A stretch of DNA of 63,842 nucleotides, counting the filler, from Octopus bimaculoides (taxonomy: Eukaryota): the NCBI RefSeq assembly GCF_001194135.2. It is 4 parts of 4 records of this genome, joined end to end, with 100 filler letters (N's around TTAATTAATTAA, not from the genome) between each part and the next. Parts side by side here need not be neighbours in the genome. Positions count along the whole stretch, not along the records: positions 1 to 28,494 come from NC_068981.1; positions 28,595 to 60,448 come from NC_068999.1; 2 more parts are not named here. The stretch is one strand, 5' to 3'. Made by a program: the position numbers and the translations under genes. This document shows positions 27,501 to 39,381 of this stretch, one piece after another. Numbering within the stretch: position 1 is the stretch's first letter; each line of letters begins with the position of its first letter. Below the pieces are notes generated by a model. It ran no database searches, was not told the origin of the DNA, and worked only from the letters and a program-made list of their open reading frames with translations.

Positions 27501-28609
27501 TGTTCGAGATGACTAAAAGTGATGAAGTTCTTCCTATAAGAAAGGAGCCATTTATTTTCTTTTTCCACTCTATCAGCATATGTCGGAAGGACTATTGTGA
27601 TTTTGTTTGTTTTTGTGTTTACCATAAGGAGCAAAATGAACCATTTATTTTAAAAAATGCAAATCGACTATATATACTCAGTGATAAATGTGATATTTTT
27701 TAAAATCACCAATGTATATATGTATGCATACACACGCGCGAGCGAGCAAGCATGTATATATATATATATATATATACATATAATAGGCATATGCGTAGTA
27801 TTCAATGTGGTTACGTGTTTCATTAAAATGTTTTATAAAATGACACGTCCTACAACAAACGATGGGTGTTTTAATGAATGTTCAATATGAAATGTATTTA
27901 GGATGTGTATGTTTGAGTGGTTGTGAAATCTGTGTATTTGTGTGTGATTGTATGCTTGTATGTGTGTATGTGCGTGCGCGCAGGCTTGCGTGTGTGTGTG
28001 TATGTGTGTATTTTCCTGTATGTATTTTTCAAAATTGAGCACATAAAAAAGTAAAATGCGTATTCTGTTGTATTTTCAAATCTTGACCTTTGAATACAAA
28101 TTATATAATTCAGTGAAAATTTCCAGTTTTATTTGGACAAAAAGTCTTGCTATATCTACAACTGAAACATTCTCTGAGTAAGACTCAATAAACTGATAGT
28201 TCTTGATTTACCCTGCCCTACATTGCGAGGTTTCGATTACCTCACACTCCCACTATTTTCAGTTTTCTCCTATCAGAGTGACGTCAAACTAACTTGTATT
28301 TGTTATACATAGACATTAGTTTTTGCGTTTACTCTGATAACTTGTTTATTCGATAGGAATATGTGTATAAACGCGCACATATATGTATGCATATTTACAT
28401 ATACATAGGTGTATGAATGTTTATGTGTGTGAGTACGTGCAAAATTATAGAATATATATATTTATATATATATATATACATACATATATATATANNNNNN
28501 NNNNNNNNNNNNNNNNNNNNNNNNNNNNNNNNNNNNNNTTAATTAATTAANNNNNNNNNNNNNNNNNNNNNNNNNNNNNNNNNNNNNNNNNNNNTATACA
28601 TACATATAT

Positions 28610-29150
28610 CATCATCATCATCATCGTCATTTAACGTCCACTTTCCATGCTAGCATGGGTTGGACAATTTGACTGAGGACTGGTGGACCAGAGTCGACAC
28701 CAGGCTCCAACCTGATTTGGCAGAGTTTCTACAGCTGGATGCCCTTTCTAATGCCAACCACTCCAGGAGTGTAGTGGATGCTTTTACGTGCCACCGGCAT
28801 GAGGGCCAGTCAGACGGGTACTGGCAACGACCATGCTCGAAATGGTGTATTTTACGTGTCACCTGCACAGGGCCAGTCCAGGGGCACTGGCAACGATCTC
28901 GCTCGGATGTCTTACTGGCAAAGGCCACGCTCGAAATGGTGTATTACATGTCACCTGTACAGGAGCCAGTCCATCGGCACTGGCAACGATCTCGCTTGAA
29001 TGTCTTTTCACGTGCCAGGAAGGCAATGTTGGTAACGATCCACGGCCACACTTGAAATGGTGTATTACATGTCACCTGTACAGGAGCCAGTCCATCGGCA
29101 CTGGCAACGATCTTGCTCGAATGACTTTTCACGTGCCAGGAAGGCGACAT
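28610..29150 (-). mobile_element. RTE-LINE 3' tail copy with internal tandem expansion
   Basis: (CAT)n-ttaacgtccactttccatgctagcatgggttggaca is the reverse complement of the tail at 41400-41455, 42650-42715 and 45930-45990. The unit gaaatggtgtat...cactggcaacgatct repeats at 28839, 28933 and 29054. Confidence 0.7.
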
Positions 29151-29759
29151 GCATATATATATATGTATATATGTATGTATGTATGTATGTGCATATATAT
29201 GCATATATACATGTATATATATGTGAATATATATGTGCATATACATACATATATATATATATACATATATACATGCATATATTTATATAATTTATTAAAA
29301 TTAATTTACAAAGGTACCGTTAATTCTATTATGATCCAATGTCACTAATTTAAGAATGATAATAACAGAACCAATGATACAGGCAACAGCAGGCCAAAAA
29401 ATAGCATTTAAATAGCCGAGGGATTAAGATTAATCAAAGGACACACTAAGTATGTTTACCTGCTTGAAATAACAGTCAAAGCTCATTATTAAATCGCCAA
29501 AAAATACACTGGTGATAACTACAGAAATGAAACGAAGGCAAATTTGGTTAAGACAATCTACTTACATACATTTAAGTATNNNNNNNNNNNNNNNNNNNNN
29601 NNNNNNNNNNNNNNNNNNNNNNNNNNNNNNNNNNNNNNNNNNNNNNNNNNNNNNNNNNNNNNNNNNNNNNNNNNNNNNNTCAATTTCCAGCAAAAAGTAG
29701 CCCTAAAGGGTATATATATATAAATTCATGCCCACACACATATATATATGCATATATAT

Positions 29760-30742
29760 TCTGATGGAGCCAAATCAAGAGAATAGGGAGGTTGATCAAC
29801 CAGTTCAAAGCCACAGTTACACGCTGCAGCCATTGCAATCAAGGTCTTGTGTGCTTTGAGCATTGCCTTTTTAACTGCCTCTGCAAGTTGGTATAGTACT
29901 CTCCATTGATGGTGTGGTCCTTTTAAAAATACTCAATAAACACCATGCCTTTTGCATTCGAAAAGCTGAGACTATCACTTTCTCTGCAGGTGAAATGATT
30001 TAGACCTTCTTTGGAGCAGGTGAGGAGGGATGTTTCCACTGCATGGATTGTCTCTTTGTCTCTGGCTCAAAGTGATAAACCTAACACTCATCCTGGGTTA
30101 GGAAATGTTCAAGGACACCAACTGGATCTGCCTCAAATAATGTCAGGTTTTCCTGTGATGTGACCAGCCTGGTGTGCTTTTGATCAGGTGTCAGAAGACC
30201 TGGCACTCACCAAGCAGAAACCTTCATTATGCTAAGTTCATTGTGAACAATATTCCCAAATCTCTCACGAGATATGCTAATAGCATTAACTATTTGATTT
30301 AAAGTCAATTGCCTGTCATCCATCAGCATGTGGTGAACATGGTTGACGTTTACCTCAGTGGTGGCAGTTGCAGGACATCCAGATGTTGAGTCATCTTCAT
30401 GACTCTCCCTTCCTCTGTTTAATTCAGTTGCCCACATTTGTACTGTTGATAAAATGAGAGCATCATCCCCTATTGTTGCAACCATGGCAGCATGAATGTT
30501 GTTGGGGGCTAAACCATTTTTCTCCAGGTACTTGATAACACCATGATGCCAAATTTACTCCATTTTCAAGAGAAGTCACTACTAGTTACTTTTAAAGTGT
30601 TCTTTGAAAGAGTCAGATGTGAGTTTACCTGGAAAGAAACAATGCAGCTTTTAGTAAGACAGGTTCAAATTAATGCATGTAAGATTTCACAGCTCTAGCA
30701 TCCTTCATAGACAGCCTATGATCTTTTCAGCCTGCTCCCATA
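29760..30742 (-). mobile_element. Decayed mariner, family A
   Basis: Transposase fragment STVQMWATELNRGRESHEDDSTSGCP. Inverted end cagcctatgatcttttcagcc at 30712-30733. Homologous to 34325-35405 and 50130-51285. Confidence 0.85.
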
Positions 30743-31074
30743 CACTTGTCATTGGGTATGATACTTTCCTGTACAACCTGATTAACTAAATGGATAACTA
30801 GGCTATATCCTTCTCTAGCAGATATTTTAAGCATCTCAGTGATAATTCCTGATGGACCTGGGATTTTCCCTGTCTTTATATCCTTAATTGCCTTATCTAT
30901 CATAATACTGTGAATTAGGATAGCTGGGTTATTCTGTTGGGTTCACATCAGAAGGACTCTCTTTCTCCCAGACAGAAAAAATTGGGCATATGACACCTCA
31001 GATATAGTGTGCAAAAGAGAATATTGCACTGGTATGGTCATTGATGGGTTAAATGTAGTATCAGTAAGATTATT

Positions 31075-31320
31075 GTGAAGGCACATAGTTTAGTGGTTAA
31101 GGTGTTGGATTCATGATCATAAGATTGTGGTTTTGATTGCTGGACTGGGCAATACATTGTGTTGTTGAAGAAAACCCTTCATTTCACATTGCTCCAATCT
31201 TCTCAGCTAGCAAAAATGAGTAATCCTTTGATGAACTGTCATCCCATCCAGGGAGGAATATATATATGTGCCAGAGAAACCAGGAAACTGGTCCTATGCT
31301 CTTTATGGAGTAATCTGGAC
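31075..31320 (+). mobile_element. Decayed tRNA-derived SINE
   Basis: A-box-like tagtttagtgg and B-box-like ggttttgattgc with CpGs lost. Confidence 0.45.
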
Positions 31321-31612
31321 TAACTAAGATCATTGTACCAGTACAAATCTTCACCAACTTCCTTGAATTTTTTTATCTGGAATTTTTAATCATTATATGC
31401 ACAGGGATCATCTATGGCTTAGTTATTTAACTAGCACTTTGCTTAATCCTACTCTCTTGGTTTTTATTTTATAAATTGAAACTTTAAAATAAATTATATC
31501 CAGCCTTTTAATATATCTAATGAATTTCACATAGACTGTTACACACGTAACAGATAATTTTGTTGGCCTTCTTTAGAAGCTCCTGTTTTAATGAATATGT
31601 CCTATTTTCCAG

Positions 31613-31738
31613 GGTGTTGTAAAAGTCTTGAAAATCTGTACAAAAAGAAAGCAAATTCTCCATGTAAAACAGTCACTCGTGAAATTAATCAATATTCTGA
31701 TCGCATCCTTGATGCTCCTGACCTTATTGATAATTTTT
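31613..31738 (+). CDS. CDC20: Cdc20/Fizzy-like APC/C activator, first visible coding exon (internal, phase 1 to phase 1)
   Basis: Acceptor ttttccag and donor gtgagt. Encodes GCCKSLENLYKKKANSPCKTVTREINQYSDRILDAPDLIDNF. RILDAP is the Cdc20/Cdh1 signature just before the WD40 propeller. Confidence 0.9.
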
Positions 31739-33438
31739 GTGAGTATTCTTTTAACTTCTTTAAAACTGATTTTTGTTAAAACCAGTCAATAAGCATCAAC
31801 AAGCATGGCTTACAAGCTCTGTCATAGAAGGTGCCACTTTGGCAAAGTGTCGTCTATTGTGGCCTCACTTTAACCTTGAGAGTGAAATTTGGTGTGAAAC
31901 TCTGTAAGCCCATCAGAATGGCTGTTTTTTTTTTTTCCGTGTGTGTTAGACTTAATCCGTCACCTGATTTCACTCCCTTCATGGCCCCTTAGTGCTTTTA
32001 GAAGAGTTTACTTCATAGAAAGTATTCAAATTAGGTCTTTGATGTAATAGTAGCTACCACTCACTAGTCTTTGAAGCTCTGAATAAAAATTCATGAAAAG
32101 AACAGAAAAAGCAACCTAATTTTTAAATTGATTTTAGCCTTTTTGTATATTTTCTGTTTTATTTATCTTGTGCACATAGTATAGTAAAGGTGTATGTGCA
32201 CCACATGAGAACAGCTATACTATGGGGAAAATGTATCAAGAGGATAACAAAAGACTGATTTTGTTGGTGTACAAAGGGTTTTGAAGGAAAATAGTCAAAA
32301 TAGTGGCTTTAGCAACGGAATTATATGAACTTGACAGGCTGAGTCAGGAAGTCTTGTTATAATTCTCTAAAATTATTAAGGAGAGAAAAATCACTTAGAT
32401 GTACACTCTGAAAATTCTTTTACTTCTTTATAGGTCACTTTGCTGAAATAGTAACAGGGAACAGTATTTGAACTGACTGTCCTTTGCTATCAAATTTGAC
32501 ATTTCTAACCTTGGCTGCTACACACCTGTCAGCAAACCATTCAACATAGGTTTAATGATCTCTAAAATTGTGTGCTAGAGTAGGAAATTTGAAGCAAATA
32601 TTATCATCATTTAATGCCTGTACCTTCACTAACTCCAACCAGTTTACTGGGCTCCTTTCTTTTTATTTTTGTGATACCAGCACTAGTGAGGATCACCTTG
32701 CAATTTTTAAGACTAGAGTTTAAAAAGTTCAATATAACTGAAAGAGAACTGGAGAGAGAGTGAGAGAATGTGTGATAATTTTAGGCAAAGTAATGAGAGG
32801 AACAAATTTTTAGTTGTGAGAGAGAGTAACAGAATATTTGTTATTGCAGAAAGGAGTATGGAAGAAAAGAAGGAATAAATGTCAGTGGAACAATAGGTGT
32901 GAGTGAGTGAGCAAGTGAGCATCATATGTGGTGAGATGAGAGATATGAACAGCTGGATTAGTTTTAAAGTGATTAAGGAGATGAATGCTGGTGGAAAGAT
33001 GGATACAAGTATATTGAAGAAGAGGGATCAATGCAGTCTCTTATACATAGACCTACTCGAGGGGATTGTGGTAGAGTAATGGGGATGGTATGCAGCCAGC
33101 TTTTTATAGTTTGCAAGCTTCACAGGAGATCAGTAGGATGCTAAGAGGGGGTTCAAGAGCTGCAAAGCATAGCAATACATTGCCTAAACAGTTGGAATAA
33201 ATTGTTCAGTCATTCCTTATAGCTTCATAGCGAGGTAAAATTATTTTACAACTATGTATTTTTCCTGTAATTATCTTCTACAGCTATTTGTTTTCCTTCA
33301 TCAGTATTGCTCCAAACCAATATATGTACAGAACTAACTGATTGTTCATAATCTTATCTGTTAATCTCAGAAGAGAAAAATAAAAGCTTCTTGTCAAAAT
33401 TTCCATTGCTTAAATTTCTTTTAAATTGTTACTTACAG

Positions 33439-33641
33439 ATTGCAATTTGCTTGATTGGTCTTCAAGAAATGTTTTGTGTGCTGCCTTGGGTCCTTCATGT
33501 TATCTTTTTGATTTGGAACAAGATTCTATTGATGAACTGCAAAACAATGATGATAGAACTGAAGATAATTATGTTTCTTGTGTAAGCTTCAGTGCTGACG
33601 GTAGTTTCATTGGGGTTGGAAATAATTCTGGAGAACTTCAG
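33439..33641 (+). CDS. CDC20: Cdc20-like coding exon 2 of 7 visible
   Basis: ttacag acceptor, gtatgc donor, 203 nt, phase-compatible with the previous exon. Encodes (Y)CNLLDWSSRNVLCAALGPSCYLFDL...YVSCVSFSADGSFIGVGNNSGELQ. Confidence 0.93.
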
Positions 33642-34324
33642 GTATGCATGCTTACATTGTACGTTATTTCCCATATCAGGTATATTTTAAATATTGCCTG
33701 ACATGTATCCTGCTTTTTTTTATTTGTAGATTCTCTAGTGTAAAAAACAGAGATTCTTTAGATGTTTTAACATACAAACACAGATAATTACAGGAAATAG
33801 ATTTAAAATTAAAATATAGAATTCAAATTCTTTCTATTTTTCCTGTGATTTGTTATTCAATTTGTATAAAATAAATGTTAATTAACAATTTTATCTTTTG
33901 CTATAAAGCTGTTGGAAAAGATGTCTTACATTCTTACCTCATAATCTAAGCATTAACTTTGATACTGTATTAAAAATTATAAAGATGAAATTAATCACGT
34001 GTATAATGTTGCCCTACCATCCATGGAGTCAACAGTGAATATCTTACTTTCTGTCTCTGGTCAAAGCACTTAACTTGCACTGCTTTAAGCCATTTAACTC
34101 CAAATAAAACTATAAGATAACTAACATTCACTGCTATAGACAGTACATATATGTTGAGAAATTGATCTTTCCAAAATGAGAAAACTGAAATAAGCATATC
34201 ACAACTCCTCCTAATAAGATGAGGTGAGTTGAAAAGGTCATAAACTGACAATGAATGAGTGATGCCAGAGCCGTAAAATCTTGCCTGCATTAATTTCAAC
34301 TCTTCTTATTAATAACTGCATACA

Positions 34325-35405
34325 GTCAAATTGACTGTTGAAAGAACACTTCAGAAGTAACTAGTAGTGATTTCTCTTCAAAGTGAACAAAATTTTACAG
34401 CATGGTGTTATCAAGTACCTGGAGAAAAAACTGTTAAGACCCCAACGACATTCATGCTGACATGGTAACTACATTAGGGGATGATGTGCCAACTTTATCA
34501 ACAATGCGAAATTGGACAGCTGAATTTAGGAGGAGAAGGGAGAGTCTTGAACATTACCTGAGGTCTAGATATTGTGCAATTGCCACCACCAAGGAGAACA
34601 TTCTTTGTGTTCACCACATGCTGATGGATGATCAGTGATTGACTATAAATCAAATATCCAATGCTATTGGCATATTCCGAGAATATTTTGCACAATGAAC
34701 TTGACATGATGATGGTTTCTGCTCGCTGGGTGCCACATCTTCTGACACTTGATCAGAAGTGCACCAGGCTGATCACATCATAGGAAAATCTGACACTGTT
34801 TGAGGCAGTTACAGTTTCTTTGAACATTTCCTAACCCAGGATGAGTGTTGGGTTTATCATTTTGAACCAGAAACGAAGAGATAATCCATGTAGTGGAAAC
34901 ACCCCTATTCATCTACTCCAAAGAAGGCCAAGGTAATTTCATCTACAGGGGAAGGTGACAACCTCAGTTTTTTTGCGATGCAAAAGGCATTGTGTTTATT
35001 GACTACCTTCAAATGAGCTACACCATCAATGGAAAGTACTATGCCAACTTGCTCTAGACAGTTATAAAATGCAAATGCCCAAGGAAACTGATGAAATGGG
35101 TTTTGTTTCATCAGGACAATGCTTCAGTACACAAGCCTTTGCTTGTAAAGGCTGTTGTGTGTGACTGTGGATTTGAATTCATTGATCACCATCCCTCTTC
35201 TCCTGAGTTGGTTCCATCTGACCATTATCTGTTCCTCAACATGAAAAAACACTTGGCTGGGAGGCAGTATTGTAGTGATGATCATGTCATATCTGCTATT
35301 GAGTGTTTTGACCAACAGTATGATGGCTTCTTCACCAATGGGATCCAAGCACTGCAACACTGATGGAAGAAGTGTATGGGCCACAATGGAGACTATGTTG
35401 AAAAG
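34325..35405 (+). mobile_element. Decayed mariner, family A
   Basis: VLFHQDNASVH...HHPSSPELVPSDHYLF matches the mariner HxDNA and YSPDLAPxD catalytic motifs; QDECWVYHF is seen upstream. Confidence 0.88.
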
Positions 35406-35574
35406 CCAGCCATTGTAAAAGCTTAATGTAGAAGAATGGTTATAGTTAGAAATGTAACATAGAAAACCATTGTATAGACTTGCAATACATATAGTGTCAA
35501 GTCTAGTGATTAGTCATATTCAAATAAATCTTCCTTGCTCACAACAAATTCAAAACCACATTTACACAAATATA

Positions 35575-35972
35575 CAAGGTAGTATCAAAAAGTTCCCAGA
35601 CTAGTTTAGTCGTACACCAACAGATGTGCAGTGAGAGCTAGCAGTGACCTTCATGAGGCAGTGTGCCAAGTGACATTGCTGTGTTTACTTCACCCTTCCT
35701 GTTTGCCAGATTTAGTACCTGTGTACTTCTATCTCTTCTCCAAGATGAAGATGCAGCTCGAAGGTTGCCATTTTAACACTGTTGTCTAGATCCAGAGTGA
35801 ATTGTAGAAAGTCATTGACTCACTTATGGAAAGCAACTTTCAGGCCATATTCCAAAAGTGACAGGAACACTGGGACTGGTGTGGTGACTATTTCTAAGGA
35901 GATGATGTTAAAACTTAGGTAACAATTTTTTATTAAACTTAATTAGTCTGGGAACCTTTTGATACCACCTTG
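35575..35972. mobile_element. Tc1/mariner-type MITE (398 bp)
   Basis: 28-bp inverted ends caaggtagtatcaaaaagttcccagact versus agtctgggaaccttttgataccaccttg (2 mismatches), flanked by TA on both sides. Confidence 0.85.
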
Positions 35973-36039
35973 TATTTTATGTAAAAAGTTAAAATATAGA
36001 ATATAACTAGAAGTTAAAGATTGAAATAAATTATTTTTT

Positions 36040-36505
36040 GATAAGGTGTTAGTAACAGTTTTTTTTTTCTCTTGGATTTATGTTAATTAGAATATTAATT
36101 GTTTCAATTTAGCCTTTAAGGTTAGGTTTTATAATTATTATGATTAAAATTTTTATAAGTGTTATAGCCTCTTATTTTATTCTTGATTTATGTTGTATTT
36201 AGTATACAATGTTGAGTTATTAATTACATTATTAGGTTGATTCCTTTTTTATTTTCTAAAGGATTAAATTTTTATTTGATTTATTTGTTTAATGAAATGT
36301 TCTTTGTTAGAGGTTCATTTAATTACTCAGGTATTGAGTGATATTTTTCATGCCATACATTATACTTAATATATTGAGTATTTATTTGATTCACTTATTC
36401 ATATTATGCAGGATGTAAATTGTGTTATAAGATAATTAAGTTATATTCATGCAAATGAGACTCCTTTTTTTATTTGTTTATTTATCTCTATTGGTTGTGT
36501 CTTTG
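36040..36505 (+). pseudogene. cob: NUMT: mitochondrial nad6 3' end (tentative) plus cytochrome b 5' part, degraded
   Basis: QVLSDIFHAMHYT followed, after a frameshift, by FDSLIHIMQDVN...YIHANETPFFICLFISIGC. This matches the cytochrome b pattern IFLAMHYT...FDSVIHIMRDVN...YIHANGASFFFICLY.HIGRG. The upstream AT-rich part is only tentatively nad6. Confidence 0.8.
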
Positions 36506-36704
36506 CTCAAAGTACATTATTTGGCTAACTCTATTAGAAATTATTATTCCAGTTATTCTGAGAACTAATGTATATATTACAATTTTTTAAATCCAACTCA
36601 GTTATCTATCAGATTTTCTAAAGCACTTTTCATTGTAAATACACAGCATTAAACTGATTCTAACTAATTACATTTACAGTTCTATATTTAAGAGATGAGG
36701 AATT

Positions 36705-37407
36705 ATGTGCATTATTTACATTATTTAAATTTGACGGATATTTGTCCTCATCTTGTTTGTTGTTAACACAATGTTTCGGCTGATACACCCTCCAGCCTTC
36801 TTCAGGTGTCTTGGGGGAAATTTTGAACCTGGGTTCTCATTCCTAAGATATTTTTTAATGTTATTATTCGGAATCTTGGGGTTAGTAGCCCGCACTCTTA
36901 ACTACTAAGCCATGTGCCCATGAGCAGTTATGGAGTGAATTTTAGGGCTTATAAATCTAATATTTTCCTTTCCTTCCTTAATAGCGGTTCCCATATGCTG
37001 TTCATATCTGCACTCGGTCTACTTAGGAGGTTGTTGTGTCCTAGCATATGTGCTACTTCTTTTAGTTTTCGTATTTTCCAGTGGTGTTCTCTGTCTATTA
37101 TTTTAACTTCATCCCACAGGGGGAGGTGGTCTCCATTTTTCTATACATGATCAGCTATACCCAATTTATCAATATCTCCTAGTGTCACAGCTTTGCGATG
37201 TTCCTCTACCCTTATTTTGAGGGGAGCAGCATGTTTCGTCTTTGTATAACTTACCACAGCTGCATGGGATGGAGTTCATGCAGTTTTAGGTCATATTCTC
37301 TTCTATTGGTGGTTTTACTCAAAGGAGGGTATATCAGCTGAAATGTTGTGTTAACAACACACAAGATGAGGACAAATATCCAATCAAATGTAAATAATGT
37401 AAATACA
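36705..37407 (-). mobile_element. Penelope-like element 3' fragment flanked by inverted ~85-bp arms
   Basis: The minus strand gives a GIY-YIG C-terminus (LGIADHV*KNGDHLPLWDEVKIIDREHHWKIRKLKEVAHMLG). Arms at about 36710-36793 and 37324-37407 are reverse complements. Confidence 0.8.
36765..36810 (-). ncRNA. Minimal type I hammerhead ribozyme motif (decayed) in the PLE terminal repeat
   Basis: Minus strand reads GACAC-CTGAAGA-A-GGCTG-gagggtgtat-CAGCC-GAAAC-AT-T-GTGTT. Stem I is GACAC/GTGTT and stem II is GGCTG/CAGCC. Stem III is inferred to have been ancestral ACGT. Confidence 0.6.
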
Positions 37408-38395
37408 TTTATTTGACTTTTAGAGTGTGTAGCGTTGGTCATGACAAAAACTTGGTGTCAGTTTATAATCAACATTTATTGCTACATTTTTTTTTACAAG
37501 GCTTCATAAAAATACAAACAGAATCAATCTTATATGAACATTGTATTTTACAGGTGATGAAGGTCTTCACTGATAATGCTTAAATGGATCTTTTACATCA
37601 CTGTAAAAACGTTTGGCAGCATGGATTTCTTCATCCATCTCCAAGTTGGTATAGAGCTGTGAAAACAGCTATTAGGGAAATTGTGCTGGTTTGAGTATGA
37701 AGCTGTGAAATAGCTGAGACAAGAATTCACCAAAGACCATAACAAACGGTGTCCCAATTTTCTCTGGCTTTGTACACTCACAACAGCTGTTTACATGGCT
37801 GTCACCAAAGGAACATTCTAGAACTTATCACCTGGACAATGAGTTCTGGTTGGCTGAAACTGGGGTCTGCATGCATGATAAACTCGTGATTTACATGCAG
37901 TTGAAAATGAAAGTGAAACCAGCTGCCATATCAGCCCCCTTTCCAGTCAAATTTGTAGGGTTAACAAAAGAGACGAAAAATATAATACTCTTCATCTTGC
38001 CTGAATTAGTCTTACTCTGCTACATTTTAATTACTATATAGCTTTTATGAGGTTCAATGGCTTTAATATTAAGGTGCTGTACCAATAATAACATAGCATG
38101 AATTTATATCTGACAATCTTTACGTTGCTCCACTGAGCAAGGTACCTTACTCATATGATATCAGTTTGCTATTATAAAACAAAATTTAAAAAGTAGTTTC
38201 TACATATACTTTATGGTTGAAAAATTAGAAGGAAGAAGAGCAATTCTCTGACAGAAGTTATCCCACTTATGCAAACATTGAAACATGTATATAAAGTTGT
38301 AAGGAAATTTATTCATTCTCTATATATCTCATTTAAGGATATTTTACACATGTGAAAATGCATCATGTTTTTCTTTTTCTTTTCTCTTTTGCAAG

Positions 38396-38490
38396 ATATG
38401 GGATACAAAAACCAAGAAACTACTCCGTACAATGTATGGAGCAAGAACTTCAGCACATACACTCTCTTGGAATGCTAACGTTCTTAGCTG
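38396..38490 (+). CDS. CDC20: Cdc20-like coding exon 3 of 7 visible
   Basis: Long pyrimidine tract plus gcaag acceptor, gtgagt donor, 95 nt. Encodes IWDTKTKKLLRTMYGARTSAHTLSWNANVLS. Too short to appear in the ORF track. Confidence 0.9.
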
Positions 38491-38689
38491 GTGAGTTAAT
38501 TTCTTTGGTTTAACTCATCCTTGTTAATTACAGTTAACTAAAGCAATAAGTTTTAGCCTTGATTGTATTTCAATACAATGTCCACATGGGTTAACTCATT
38601 AAAAACTGCACAAGACATGTCTACTAAATATTAGATTAAGTATTTAAATGCATCAAGTGACCTTATTCCATTTCTAAATACTTAGCCAA

Positions 38690-39381
38690 GAATAAACCAT
38701 TGTACTTGACATCTGTTGATGTAGAGAAATCCTTCAATAGATGACCCCCACTATGTGATATGGTGGGCTCTGAGGAAGCAAGGAGTAGACGAGTGGCTTG
38801 TGAAAGCTGTACAGGCCATATACAGGGGTGCTGTCAGTATAGTGAGAGTTAACAAGTACAGTGAAGAATTTGGTGTACAGGTAGGGGTTCATCAAGGCTC
38901 AGTCCTCAGTCCCTTACTTTCCATCATTGTCCTGCAGGACATAACAGGAATTCGACACTGGCAGCCCCTGCGAACTACTATATGCTGACAATCTTGCCCT
39001 CATAGAGTCTATATTAGAGCCAGAAAAGGAATTCCAGGTGTGGAAGTAAAACCTGGAATCTAAGGGCCCTAAGGTTAACTAAGCAACGACTAAGATCTTA
39101 GTAAGCAAGAAAACAGACACGCTCTTATCTCCTTCGGATAAGTGGCCCTGCTCAGTTTGTGGGAAAGGTGTAGGCAGGAATTTCATATGGTGTACACAGT
39201 GTAAGCTATGGATACACAAGTGCAGTGGAATAATAGGAAGGTTATCAGAGAAAGTAGTGTTTATATGTGGAAGATGCACAGGATCCATAAAAACTACAGA
39301 TATTCGGAAAGTCAATTTTCTCAAATGCCCCAGAGGCTCTTTAGGTAGTAGATAATTTCTGCTACCTAGTGGACCAAATTA
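38690..39381 (+). mobile_element. RTE-clade LINE reverse transcriptase, left part, decayed
   Basis: WWALRKQGVDEWLVKAVQAIY...VGVHQGSVLSPLLSIIV, ending at FCYL(G)DQI where the mariner is inserted. Confidence 0.85.

Noticed and set aside
27060-27703. 125-aa + strand ORF and exon-like segments on the minus strand (27533-27454 and about 27385-27285)
   Set aside because: No recognisable homology and no Cdc20 N-terminal motifs. The minus-strand candidate exons are phase-incompatible with each other.
28024-28094. CHR-like TTTGAA/TTCAAA motifs suggesting a G2/M promoter
   Set aside because: Such hexamers occur throughout this AT-rich window, so they are uninformative without a mapped start site.
28539-28550. 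TTAATTAATTAA islands inside N runs (also 60493-60504 and 62533-62544)
   Set aside because: An identical 12-mer with stops in all six frames, centred in equal-sized N blocks, is an assembly or scaffolding spacer, not biology.
28835-29146. CRISPR-like repeat-spacer appearance
   Set aside because: The units are long tandem duplications without unique spacers, inside a eukaryotic retroelement tail, and no cas genes are present.
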